This document shows positions 16,458 through 24,092 of a stretch of 40,996 nucleotides of DNA, piece by piece (the stretch's first letter is position 1; each line of letters begins with the position of its first letter). Under the pieces are notes generated by a model. It had not been told where the DNA came from and searched no databases. It worked only from the letters and a program-made list of their open reading frames with translations. The translations under genes and the position numbers were made by a program. Source of the stretch: Candidatus Sungiibacteriota bacterium (lineage in GTDB: Bacteria > Patescibacteriota > Minisyncoccia > Sungbacterales > HO2-52-23); the NCBI GenBank assembly GCA_016181585.1, contig JACOYX010000025.1, positions 1 to 40,996 of the forward strand. The letters are read 5' to 3'.

Positions 16458-17984
16458 ATGAATATAAAAAATTCAATTGTATTGACTGTTTGTATTTTTT
16501 CTGCTACGGCTTTAGTTCTCTATCTTAAGGACAATATAAGAGACATAACAGACATTTTACCAAGTTCTATCCCCTCTTCTCTCGATGTCCTTAAGCCGAT
16601 TGATAGTAAATCATTCACCATAAAAATGGACGAAACAGGTTTTCGCCCTCAAGATATTGAAATCAAGCAGGGTGATACGGTAGTTTTTGAGAACACCGGG
16701 AAAAAACCGCATTGGCCTGCTTCCAATATTCATCCAAGCCATCAGATCTTTCCGGAGTTCGATCCTAAAAAAGAAATTCTATCGGAAGAGAAATGGAGTT
16801 TCACGTTTTACAAAAAAGGTGAATGGAGATTCCATGACCATTTGGATCCACAGTTTTCGGGCTCTATTCAGGTGCAAGAAAATAAAAAGATTGAAGATTC
16901 AGATGCAAATACAGAAGTATCCGGAGAGAAAATGACTACACCTGAAAACCCTAAAAATGTAGATGCAATGCTTGCACAGGTTAATATGATGCAAATTGCA
17001 AAAAAGGACGATGAACTGCGTATCTGGCTTAAGCGTGCGGGGGCAAAAAAAGTAATGGACAAATTACTCAAAGACTCCGACGGTGGTGCTACCGTGGATT
17101 GCCATCAAGAATCGCACGCTGTGGGAAGAATTGGATATGAGTTATATGGCCCCTCGGTGTTTCTTGATGGAACAGCGGCGTGTCATTCTGGTTATTATCA
17201 TGGTGCAATGGAAACTTTCTTAAAAGAAAAAGGTACACAAAATCTTGCAGAAAGTGTTGCAGAAGTTTGCAACAAATTTCCTACTAGTTTCGGCATATTT
17301 GAATGTTTACACGGTGTAGGGCATGGGGTGGTGGCATACCAAGATTATGATCTACCTAAAGCTCTTGAGACATGTGGAATGCTAAAGACTGATTATGATC
17401 GTAACTCTTGCTACGGGGGAACATTTATGGAGAATGTTGTGGCGGCACAGGGTATGGGGGCTATTGTCGGTCATGGAACTAAATGGGCGAACAATATCGA
17501 ACCACATTTCCCTTGCAATAAAATAAACCAAGAATTTAATATCCAATATCAGTGCTATCAAATGCAGACCAGCTGGATGCTTACTATATACGGCTACGAC
17601 TTTGCCAAAGTCGCACTCGAATGTCTTAAAGCGCGAGCAGATATGATATTGGTGTGTTTTAAGAGTTTTGGACGCGATGCGGCAGGACATACCCTGCGAA
17701 ATCCACAGAAAATCGTGGAACTTTGTGCCAAAGTTCCACATGAAACAGCAGATTATTATGAACAGTGCATTATTGGTGCGGTTAATGTGATTATAGATTT
17801 TTGGGGAGATGGCCTAAAACAGCAAGCTACGGACTTATGTAAGCTAGTAGATGGAAAAGGTAAAAAAATATGTTATTCTACAATAGCGTGGAGAATAAAT
17901 GATATTTTTACAGCAAAAGAAAGCAAAAAATATGTTTGTGAAACGTTTGAGGATGGATATAGGAATCTTTGTACGGTGAATTAG
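16458..17984 (+). CDS. Membrane-anchored cupredoxin-like domain protein with a C-terminal Cys/His-rich repeat domain
   Basis: ATG 16458 (MNIKNSIVLTVCIF..., TM anchor). Cupredoxin-like stretch FTIKMDETGFRPQDIEIKQGDTVVFENTGKKPHWPASNIHPSH...HDH. This is followed by about 340 aa with 17 Cys and recurring CxxxHGxGH-like units. Confidence 0.6.
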   Translation: MNIKNSIVLTVCIFSATALVLYLKDNIRDITDILPSSIPSSLDVLKPIDSKSFTIKMDETGFRPQDIEIKQGDTVVFENTGKKPHWPASNIHPSHQIFPEFDPKKEILSEEKWSFTFYKKGEWRFHDHLDPQFSGSIQVQENKKIEDSDANTEVSGEKMTTPENPKNVDAMLAQVNMMQIAKKDDELRIWLKRAGAKKVMDKLLKDSDGGATVDCHQESHAVGRIGYELYGPSVFLDGTAACHSGYYHGAMETFLKEKGTQNLAESVAEVCNKFPTSFGIFECLHGVGHGVVAYQDYDLPKALETCGMLKTDYDRNSCYGGTFMENVVAAQGMGAIVGHGTKWANNIEPHFPCNKINQEFNIQYQCYQMQTSWMLTIYGYDFAKVALECLKARADMILVCFKSFGRDAAGHTLRNPQKIVELCAKVPHETADYYEQCIIGAVNVIIDFWGDGLKQQATDLCKLVDGKGKKICYSTIAWRINDIFTAKESKKYVCETFEDGYRNLCTVN

Positions 17985-18023
17985 TTTCACGTTTTACATA
18001 TCGATCTTCGCATGGTATATAAA

Positions 18024-18076
18024 GGGTCTGTTGCCGAATATGCTTTCGCAGCGAAAGCGTATTCGGCAGGAGACCC
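18024..18076. repeat. Family B minimal hairpin (terminal inverted repeats only)
   Basis: GGGTCTGTTGCCGAATATGC-TTTCGCAGCGAAA-GCGTATTCGGCAGGAGACCC. Confidence 0.7.
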
Positions 18077-18090
18077 GTAAAATATGAAAC

Positions 18091-18219
18091 CCCGCACTAA
18101 ATTTCGACCATTGCCTTAATTTCCTTATGATATAGCAAGAATTTTGGAGGTGTGCACTAACATCTATTTTCCGATCATTCTCGAATGACCAAGGAAATTG
18201 TCGAAATTTTAGTGACGGG
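18091..18219 (-). mobile_element. MITE-like element, family C (129 bp), copy 1
   Basis: TIRs CCCGCACTAAATTTCGAC / GTCGAAATTTTAGTGACGGG. Reverse complement of the copy at 18896-19024. Flanks are TGAAAC / TAAAAC. Confidence 0.75.
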
Positions 18220-18229
18220 TAAAACATAG

Positions 18230-18300
18230 CGGGGCGTAGTGTAACGGCAGCACGAGACGTTTGGGACGTTTTAGTCCGAGTTCAAATCTCGGCGCCCCGA
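18230..18300 (+). tRNA. tRNA-Pro (anticodon UGG)
   Basis: C1-G72 acceptor CGGGGCG/CGCCCCG with discriminator A. Anticodon arm AGACG-TTTGGGA-CGTTT, T arm CCGAG-TTCAAAT-CTCGG. Confidence 0.88.
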
Positions 18301-18308
18301 TTTATAAC

Positions 18309-18340
18309 AAAAGCCTCCTGATGTCAGGAGGCTTTTGTTT
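18309..18340 (+). terminator. Rho-independent terminator after tRNA-Pro
   Basis: AAAAGCCTCC-TGATGTCA-GGAGGCTTTT followed by GTTTG. Confidence 0.7.
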
Positions 18341-18479
18341 GTTTCACGTTTTACATTTGTAGGACTTACGCGTTTGGAAGGAATCCTTTATAGAGATTGC
18401 CGCGTCCCGACTAATCAATACGCGCAATGACATCAAGCGCGTAAGTCCTAATTCGAATGGATTTGTAACACGTGAAACC
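18341..18479. repeat. Hairpin element, family G, bounded by inverted GTTTCACGT(T/G)TTACA motifs
   Basis: Left arm GTTTCACGTTTTACATTTGTAGGACTTACGCG is complementary to right arm CGCGTAAGTCCTAATTCGAATGGATTTGTAACACGTGAAAC. Confidence 0.65.
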
Positions 18480-18487
18480 ATTAAAGA

Positions 18488-18880
18488 TTAGTATTTCTTT
18501 CCCCAAATCGCATTTTCGATATGGTTTATCTTCGCTTTTTTATCGAGTTGGTCGATACTTATGGAAATAACGTCAATACGCCATTGTTGATCACTATTTT
18601 GCAATCCTTTCTCTTGAAGATACGTCTCGCAGATCTTATTTAAGTTTTTTATTTTCTTATAATTTATACTGTATTCCGGCAGAAATTCAGTAGAATTCTT
18701 TGAATCACGGGTTTTTACCTCACAAAATACTATATACTCATCATGTTTTGCCACCAAATCAATTTCGCCCCACGGCTTGCAATAGTTTCTATCGATAATT
18801 TCATAGCCTTTGCTGGTAAGATAATGTTCGGCAACCTTCTCACCGTAATCTCCAAATTTTCGCCTTTCTGTCTTTGGCAT
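18488..18880 (-). CDS. yraN: YraN/UPF0102-family endonuclease-like protein
   Basis: GEKVAEHYLTSKGYEIIDRNYCKPWGEIDLVAKHDEYIVFCEVKTR fits the YraN pattern (PD-(D/E)xK-like). Start set to ATG 18880, because the track's N-terminal extension runs into repeat C2. Confidence 0.8.
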   Translation of the reverse strand: MPKTERRKFGDYGEKVAEHYLTSKGYEIIDRNYCKPWGEIDLVAKHDEYIVFCEVKTRDSKNSTEFLPEYSINYKKIKNLNKICETYLQEKGLQNSDQQWRIDVISISIDQLDKKAKINHIENAIWGKKY

Positions 18881-18895
18881 ATAGTTTGGTTTCAC

Positions 18896-19024
18896 CCCAT
18901 CACTAAAATTTCGACAATTTCCTTGGTTGCCAGGGAATAATCGTAAAATAGATGTTAGTGCACACATCCAAAGTTCTCGCGGTATCAGAAAGAAATTAAG
19001 GCAACAGTCGAAATTTAGTGCGGG
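18896..19024 (+). mobile_element. MITE-like element, family C (129 bp), copy 2
   Basis: TIRs CCCATCACTAAAATTTCGAC / GTCGAAATTTAGTGCGGG. Flanked by direct GTTTCAC at 18889-18895 and 19025-19031. Confidence 0.75.
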
Positions 19025-19039
19025 GTTTCACGTTTTACA

Positions 19040-19597
19040 CTAATTCATAATGGACAAAATATTCTTAAGGACAATAGGGAGTTTGAGCACGGCGTCATCT
19101 CTTGAAAAATGTCCCTTATTTTTCTCAAGGACAAGTTTGGTCCCAAGTTTTTGCTCAAGCAATCTTCCATTTTCGATCGATACAAAAGGGTCATCTATAG
19201 AATAGACTCCAATGGTTTTTCCTGTCACTTTTTTAACGTTACTCCACCGTATTGGAGTTTCAAAGAAACCGGAAATGGCGCTAGTTTTTCTCGGGCGAAA
19301 AATAACTCTTCCTGCGACAAAAACTGCTCCGCCTATTTTTTCTTTTTTAAGAGTTTGGAGGTAGCGGATAATAGCAATGGCACCCAAACTGTGTCCGATG
19401 AAATAGGTGTTTTCGTCGGCAATTCCCACTGCCTCTCGTATTGTTTCCAGCCATTTCTCGAATTTTGGTTCATGAGAGTTTGTAAAACGTGGAACATATA
19501 CAGTAAATCCTCGCTTGATAAGTTCATCTTTAAGCCATGGGAACCAGCAATCGGTAGGGAAGGATTTATAGCCATGGATAATGAAGATACGTTTCAT
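19040..19597 (-). CDS. Alpha/beta-fold serine hydrolase (YdeN/RBBP9-like)
   Basis: IFIIHGY...WFPWLK...FIGHSLGA nucleophile elbow. Start set to ATG 19597 (MKRIFIIHGY), because the track's extension translates tRNA-Val. Confidence 0.8.
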   Translation of the reverse strand: MKRIFIIHGYKSFPTDCWFPWLKDELIKRGFTVYVPRFTNSHEPKFEKWLETIREAVGIADENTYFIGHSLGAIAIIRYLQTLKKEKIGGAVFVAGRVIFRPRKTSAISGFFETPIRWSNVKKVTGKTIGVYSIDDPFVSIENGRLLEQKLGTKLVLEKNKGHFSRDDAVLKLPIVLKNILSIMN

Positions 19598-19599
19598 AA

Positions 19600-19671
19600 T
19601 GGGCGGTATAGGAATCGAACCTATGCTCTCTGCAATGTGAATGCAATGTTTTACCATTAAACTAACCGCCC
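19600..19671 (-). tRNA. tRNA-Val (anticodon CAC)
   Basis: Acceptor GGGCGGT/ACCGCCC, anticodon arm TTGCA-TTCACAT-TGCAG, T arm ATAGG-TTCGATT-CCTAT. Its 3' end lies 2 nt before the hydrolase ATG. Confidence 0.88.
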
Positions 19672-19679
19672 TCTCATTA

Positions 19680-19903
19680 GGGAACAACTCTTATTGGACT
19701 GTCGTCGAATAACCTTTGGCTACAATTCCATAAATTCGGGTAAATCGCGATACGATTTACGGGAAATTTAGCGAAGCCGGGTATTTCCGTGCGAAGCGTA
19801 AAATTTCCCTGGCTTTTGCTCAGGGAAGCAAAAGAATTTTTAAAAAAATTTTCTCGTCCCGACATGTCGGGATCGCTTCAAAAGCTATTCGGCAACGAAC
19901 CCC
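19680..19903. mobile_element. Family B large element (degenerate left terminus)
   Basis: Shares a roughly 120-bp core with 30536-30789 (CAATTCCATAAATTCGGG...GGAAATTTAGCGAAGCCGGGTA...GCTTTTGCTCAGGGAAGCAAAAGAATTTT). Ends ATTCGGCAACGAACCC. Confidence 0.65.
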
Positions 19904-19934
19904 TAATTTTAGAATATATTAACCCCACCTTAAA

Positions 19935-19972
19935 ATCAAATCCCTCCGAAATTTTTTCGGAGGGATTTTTCA
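19935..19972 (-). terminator. Hairpin terminator downstream of the 19976 gene
   Basis: AAATCCCTCCGAA-ATTTT-TTCGGAGGGATTT with flanking A/T runs. Confidence 0.65.
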
Positions 19973-19975
19973 GTG

Positions 19976-20620
19976 CTATATATCAAACTTATTTATCAGC
20001 TTTTCATGCGGATATTCAAATATGTCACGGAGAAAACGATCGAACATGTTGCGGCGATATTTGAATTCTTCGGTCTCCATAATGGTATAGCTTACTGCTT
20101 TGCCGAGTTCGGATTCGGTCTGTGCGAGCATGTTATCAAGTTTCCGCTTACTTAAATTATCGCCTACTACCAGCAAATCAGTCCGTCCGGTATCTTCTCT
20201 ATTAAGAAAAACTCCGGAAAGTATGGCTAGTTTCACGCCACCGAGACCTTTTATTTGCCGAAGCAATTTTTTGCGAGATGCTGTGGTGGAGCGAGTGATA
20301 AGGTCGTGGAGTTCGCGGTAAAATTCAAATTGCTGATTTACGGTATATATGGTTACCTTTTTCAAAAGAATCTTCTGTGTTTTTTGCACCTTTCTTTCTG
20401 CTTTCCCATTTTCTTCAGCGTTAAGATAGCCTATTTTTTTACGAATAAGACCAATAGTAAGAAATCGGTTTACTTCAGATTTTACGGTCTTCTCGTTTAT
20501 ACGGCTCCATGAAACTATTTCAGGAAGCACAAATTGGTGCTCTGCGTTTTGCAGAAAAAGCCTCAAGAGGCGAACGCGTGCGGGAGATCCGAAGAGTTTT
20601 TCAAGTGGGTGATCCATCAA
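19976..20620 (-). CDS. Winged-helix DNA-binding protein with a degenerate nucleotidyltransferase-like C-terminal domain (function unknown)
   Basis: N-terminus GSPARVRLLRLFLQN...VSWSRINEKTVKSEVNRFLTIGLIRKK looks like an ArsR/MarR-type wHTH. C-terminus LSGVFLNREDTGRTDLLVVGD resembles a minimal NTase motif. Confidence 0.6.
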   Translation of the reverse strand: MMDHPLEKLFGSPARVRLLRLFLQNAEHQFVLPEIVSWSRINEKTVKSEVNRFLTIGLIRKKIGYLNAEENGKAERKVQKTQKILLKKVTIYTVNQQFEFYRELHDLITRSTTASRKKLLRQIKGLGGVKLAILSGVFLNREDTGRTDLLVVGDNLSKRKLDNMLAQTESELGKAVSYTIMETEEFKYRRNMFDRFLRDIFEYPHEKLINKFDI

Positions 20621-20689
20621 AGGAACTTACAGCTTGGCTAGCTTCATTAGCTTATTAGGAATTTCCCTAATTAAACTATAAGCCATAAG

Positions 20690-21067
20690 CTATTTTATTG
20701 TCGCTTTTCCTCCGGCGGCTTCGATTTTCTTTTTAATTTCCTCCGCTTCTTCTTTGGCAACTCCTTCTTTTATCGGCTTTGGAGCTCCGTCTACCAGATC
20801 CTTTGCTTCCTTCAAGCCAAGTGTAGTGACTTCGCGGAGCACTTTAATCACTTGAATTTTTTGCGATCCACCCTCGGTTAATTCCACAGTGAAGCTGGTT
20901 TTTTCTTCTTTCTTTTCGGCTTCATCGCCTCCTGCCGCAGGCATGGCACCCATCATCATCGGCATTGCGGCTGATACGCCAAATTTTTCCTCCAGCGCTT
21001 TTACTAAATCAGCAAGCTCCAGCACCGACATTTTCTCGATTGTCTCAATAAGTTGTTCTTTGTTCAT
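20690..21067 (-). CDS. rplL: 50S ribosomal protein L7/L12
   Basis: [31 protein letters not shown], an Ala/Pro/Gly hinge, then [29 protein letters not shown]. Confidence 0.97.
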   Translation of the reverse strand: MNKEQLIETIEKMSVLELADLVKALEEKFGVSAAMPMMMGAMPAAGGDEAEKKEEKTSFTVELTEGGSQKIQVIKVLREVTTLGLKEAKDLVDGAPKPIKEGVAKEEAEEIKKKIEAAGGKATIK

Positions 21068-21142
21068 AACTCTAGTTGCTAGATGCCGGAAACTAGAGTC
21101 TAGAAATCGAATTTCTATCAGTCTCTAGTAACCAGCCGCTAG

Positions 21143-21664
21143 CTACTTTTCTTTATTTTCTTTTATTTTATTAAGCACGACAACTAAATTTCTCAAATTT
21201 CCATTCAATACGGTTACCAGCCCGCGAATCGGCCCCTGCAATGCCCCTACCACTTGAGCTAACAGGATTTCGCGAGAGGGGAGGCGGGAGAATGCGACAA
21301 TATCTTTTTCAGAAAGCACTTTTCCGCCCAATACTCCGCCTAAAATCTTAAATGTTTCGTTTTCTTTTCTAAATTTTATTAATACTTTAGTGATTCCCGC
21401 TTCATCTTCATATCCGAATGTTATTCCGATTTCTCCCTTCAATTCTTTGGTTTTGAGCGGCATGGCAACTTCTTCTGCGGCTCTGTCAATGAGAGTTTTC
21501 CTCGCTACTTTGTATTCCGCATTTCCTTTATGCAGTTGCCTCCGCAATTGATGGAGTTTGGAAACCGCAACACCTTGAAAATCGGTAAACACCGTTATTT
21601 TTTGTTTTTTAAACTTGTCTGTCAGTTCCTTGACAAGCTCAATTTTTTGTTGTTTAGTAATCAT
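21143..21664 (-). CDS. rplJ: 50S ribosomal protein L10
   Basis: 173 aa directly upstream of rplL, with typical L10 N-terminus KQQKIELVKELTDKFKKQKITVFTDFQGV. Confidence 0.95.
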   Translation of the reverse strand: MITKQQKIELVKELTDKFKKQKITVFTDFQGVAVSKLHQLRRQLHKGNAEYKVARKTLIDRAAEEVAMPLKTKELKGEIGITFGYEDEAGITKVLIKFRKENETFKILGGVLGGKVLSEKDIVAFSRLPSREILLAQVVGALQGPIRGLVTVLNGNLRNLVVVLNKIKENKEK

Positions 21665-21906
21665 ATGTTTATACGAAGATTAGCTTCGTGTAAATTCTAA
21701 TAAAAAATCGCTTATCTAAGCGACCAAGGAAAATGCTAGGTATATTCTCGACCCTAGTCCGTCCCTGACGGGTTTTAGGATAAACTCGAATAATACAGTT
21801 CGAGCTTGTGGAGAACTACTCTTTTTCCCTCGGCCGGACTTACTTGTCCACCATAGCTTTAGCGATGGGGATATTGCCAGCTGTCTTTGGAATATATTGT
21901 TCTTCC
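21665..21906 (-). promoter_or_regulatory. Long structured 5' leader of rplJL (candidate L10-leader autoregulatory element)
   Basis: About 240 nt lie between the predicted promoter and the rplJ ATG. It holds several short perfect hairpins (CGCTTA-TC-TAAGCG, CCATAGC-TTTAGCGATGG). Identity as an L10 leader is not verified. Confidence 0.35.
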
Positions 21907-21935
21907 ACTGTAGTCGATGCTCAAAAATTTGTCAA
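21907..21935 (-). promoter_or_regulatory. Sigma-70-like promoter of rplJL
   Basis: Minus strand: TTGACA (21935-21930), 17 nt, TACAGT (21912-21907). Confidence 0.55.
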
Positions 21936-21970
21936 CTTATAAATATATTCGGTCTTCCGATGTCGGCAAT

Positions 21971-23659
21971 TTATTTTAAATACCTTGCCTTGGCTTTGTT
22001 ATGTTCCTCAAGCGTCTTTGAAAATATGGTTTTTCCTTCGGGAGTAGAGAGATAGTAAAGATAAGGAGACTCTTTGGGATAAATAGCGGCTTTTATGGCC
22101 GAAATCCCCGGGTTGCCAATGGGGCCTTTGGGCAAACCCGCATATTTGTAAGTATTATATGGTGAATCTATTTTTGTATCAGCGATGGAAATTTTGCCGC
22201 TCGAAGATATGGAGGTGCCGCTTTGTTTTTTTATGTATGAAATCGTCGCGTCTACTTGCAGGGGAATGCCAAGCAATAGACGCTTCCATAAAATACCTGA
22301 AACAACGGCGCGGTCTTCCTCCGAAACCACTTCTTTTTCTATAAGGGACGCCATGGTAACTGCTTGATACATGGTTTTTTGTCTGCTCGCTATGTCTTTT
22401 CGCATAGCGGGGACTACTTTGCTGTCAAAGTTTTTGAGCATGAGCGCGGCTATTTCTTCGGCTGGCATGGTTTTGAGCACTTTGTAGGTATCGGGAAACA
22501 GGAATCCCTCAAGGCTCGTATGCCCTGAAAGGGGAGCGATACTATCAAACTTTTCTTTGAAAAGTTCTACGCCGCGGATTTCTACAATTTTGCGAAATTC
22601 ATCCGGATCGGATATTTTTTCCCGCATAAGCAGGGAAGTGATTTCATTGGCAGTCCATCCTTCGGGAACTACTATAATTGCACTGCTTCCTCCGCGGACT
22701 AGCTCTTGTTCGATTAGGGAGATGGGGATGGAATTGAGGGCATATGTTCCTGCTTGTATACGTGCGGCGTCTCCTTTTACTAACGTATAGAACATGAAAA
22801 TCCATGAGGATTGGATGATGCCTTCTTTTTTAAGAATTTCAGCAGTTTCGCGAAGTCCCGCGCCTCTCGGTATTTCTATTGATTTTATTTCTACGGCATC
22901 AGGAGTTCTTATATAAATTTCCCATCCAATAGCCATAGCAATAATAAGCAAAAAACAAAAAAACAGTATTTTCCAATTTTTTGTCCCGCTTCTTTTTGTT
23001 TTTTCTCTCAATGTATTAGATAAAAGCGGCGATCCATCTTGTATAAGCGGTACAAACGCAAATCCTGCAAATTCTTTTTCTTCCCAATTATTTTCCCCAT
23101 GTTTTGTAAAAAGCCATAGTGATCCTGCAATGGGCGCTATAATTTTGCCGCCTGTGCCGACAGCTTTCCTCCACACATCGGGATTTTTTTTTGCCGTTGC
23201 GGCCGCGGCAATAATTGCATCATAATGTCCGGCAGGCAGATGGGCGGTCGCATCGCCGCAGAAAAATTCAACCCGCCGATTAGCTAAAAATCCGTATTTT
23301 TCGATATTTTTCTTTGCGAATTCGCAAAGCGCCGGAACACGCTCGATTGCGGTTATTTTCCCGCGTTCACCGACTATGTGTGCGAGCAGTGCTGTCTGCC
23401 ATCCAGATCCTGCACCGATATCAAGAACTTGCATGCCCGGTTTGGGATCGAGGATCTCAAGCATGAAGGCTACCGTCTCCGGTTGTGAAATTGTCTGGCC
23501 CTCGCCTATCGGCAAGGGATAATTTTCATAAGCTTCCCTTTTTGTTGCCGGCCGCACAAAATCAGCACGGTTAATCGCGCGAAAAGCTTCGATAATGCTG
23601 ATGTTTTTAAGTGATCCGTTTTGAATCAATTTCTGGATCAGTTCTTCGTTTGAGCGCAT
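21971..23659 (-). CDS. Fusion protein: protein-L-isoaspartate O-methyltransferase domain + TM helix + MltG/YceG endolytic transglycosylase domain
   Basis: Residues 1 to about 205: PLPIGEGQTISQPETVAFMLEIL, VLDIGAGSGWQTALLA (PIMT). TM helix: WKILFFCFLLIIAMAIGWEIYI. C-terminus: IEIPRGAGLRE..., ASLIEKE (catalytic Glu context), GLPKGPIGNPG (YceG). Confidence 0.85.
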   Translation of the reverse strand: MRSNEELIQKLIQNGSLKNISIIEAFRAINRADFVRPATKREAYENYPLPIGEGQTISQPETVAFMLEILDPKPGMQVLDIGAGSGWQTALLAHIVGERGKITAIERVPALCEFAKKNIEKYGFLANRRVEFFCGDATAHLPAGHYDAIIAAAATAKKNPDVWRKAVGTGGKIIAPIAGSLWLFTKHGENNWEEKEFAGFAFVPLIQDGSPLLSNTLREKTKRSGTKNWKILFFCFLLIIAMAIGWEIYIRTPDAVEIKSIEIPRGAGLRETAEILKKEGIIQSSWIFMFYTLVKGDAARIQAGTYALNSIPISLIEQELVRGGSSAIIVVPEGWTANEITSLLMREKISDPDEFRKIVEIRGVELFKEKFDSIAPLSGHTSLEGFLFPDTYKVLKTMPAEEIAALMLKNFDSKVVPAMRKDIASRQKTMYQAVTMASLIEKEVVSEEDRAVVSGILWKRLLLGIPLQVDATISYIKKQSGTSISSSGKISIADTKIDSPYNTYKYAGLPKGPIGNPGISAIKAAIYPKESPYLYYLSTPEGKTIFSKTLEEHNKAKARYLK

Positions 23660-23714
23660 AGATTATAATTAAACCTGCCTATGGTAAGCAGGCTTATTGT
23701 ATCAGTTAGATACT

Positions 23715-23861
23715 AGACCTACTGCATAATAACTAATCTACTGCAATTTCATAATTTTGGCTACAAATTATTCGGAACTCGTCTGGTTATTATACTAATA
23801 GCCCTTCCTCGTCGCTCAAAATTATGCAATTTCGCAACGAAAGTTATTATGCAGTAGGTCT
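23715..23861. mobile_element. MITE-like element, family A variant
   Basis: AGACCTACTGCATAATAAC ... GTTATTATGCAGTAGGTCT, flanked by direct ACT on both sides. Confidence 0.7.
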
Positions 23862-23916
23862 ACTAAAATTCCCATAAAGAAACGACCGGAAAGGCCTATA
23901 CCGCCATAAAGGATTT

Positions 23917-23955
23917 AAAGATTCTGTTGCCAAAGAGGTATTCGGCAACAAAGCC
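23917..23955. repeat. Family B-like mini hairpin
   Basis: AAAGATTCTGTTGCC-AAAGAGGTAT-TCGGCAACAAAGCC. Confidence 0.5.
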
Positions 23956-23966
23956 TTGAATGGCGA

Positions 23967-24006
23967 ATAAAAACAAAATCCCAAAGAGTTGGGATTTTGT
24001 TTTTAT
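23967..24006. terminator. Strong symmetric (bidirectional) terminator hairpin
   Basis: 17-bp stem ATAAAAACAAAATCCCA / TGGGATTTTGTTTTTAT. Confidence 0.7.
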
Positions 24007-24092
24007 TTAATCTGAAAAGTCTCGTTCTTCTGGCTTTCGTCTTAGCCGTCTAAAATGCCGCCAAGACCTCCACCCTGCACTTCAGAACGGAA

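Noticed and set aside
19677-20064. ORFs 19677..19865(-) and 19789..20064(+), and the matching 30556..30774(-)
   Set aside because: They lie within the large family B elements. The peptide similarity between loci comes from repeat identity, not from a conserved gene.
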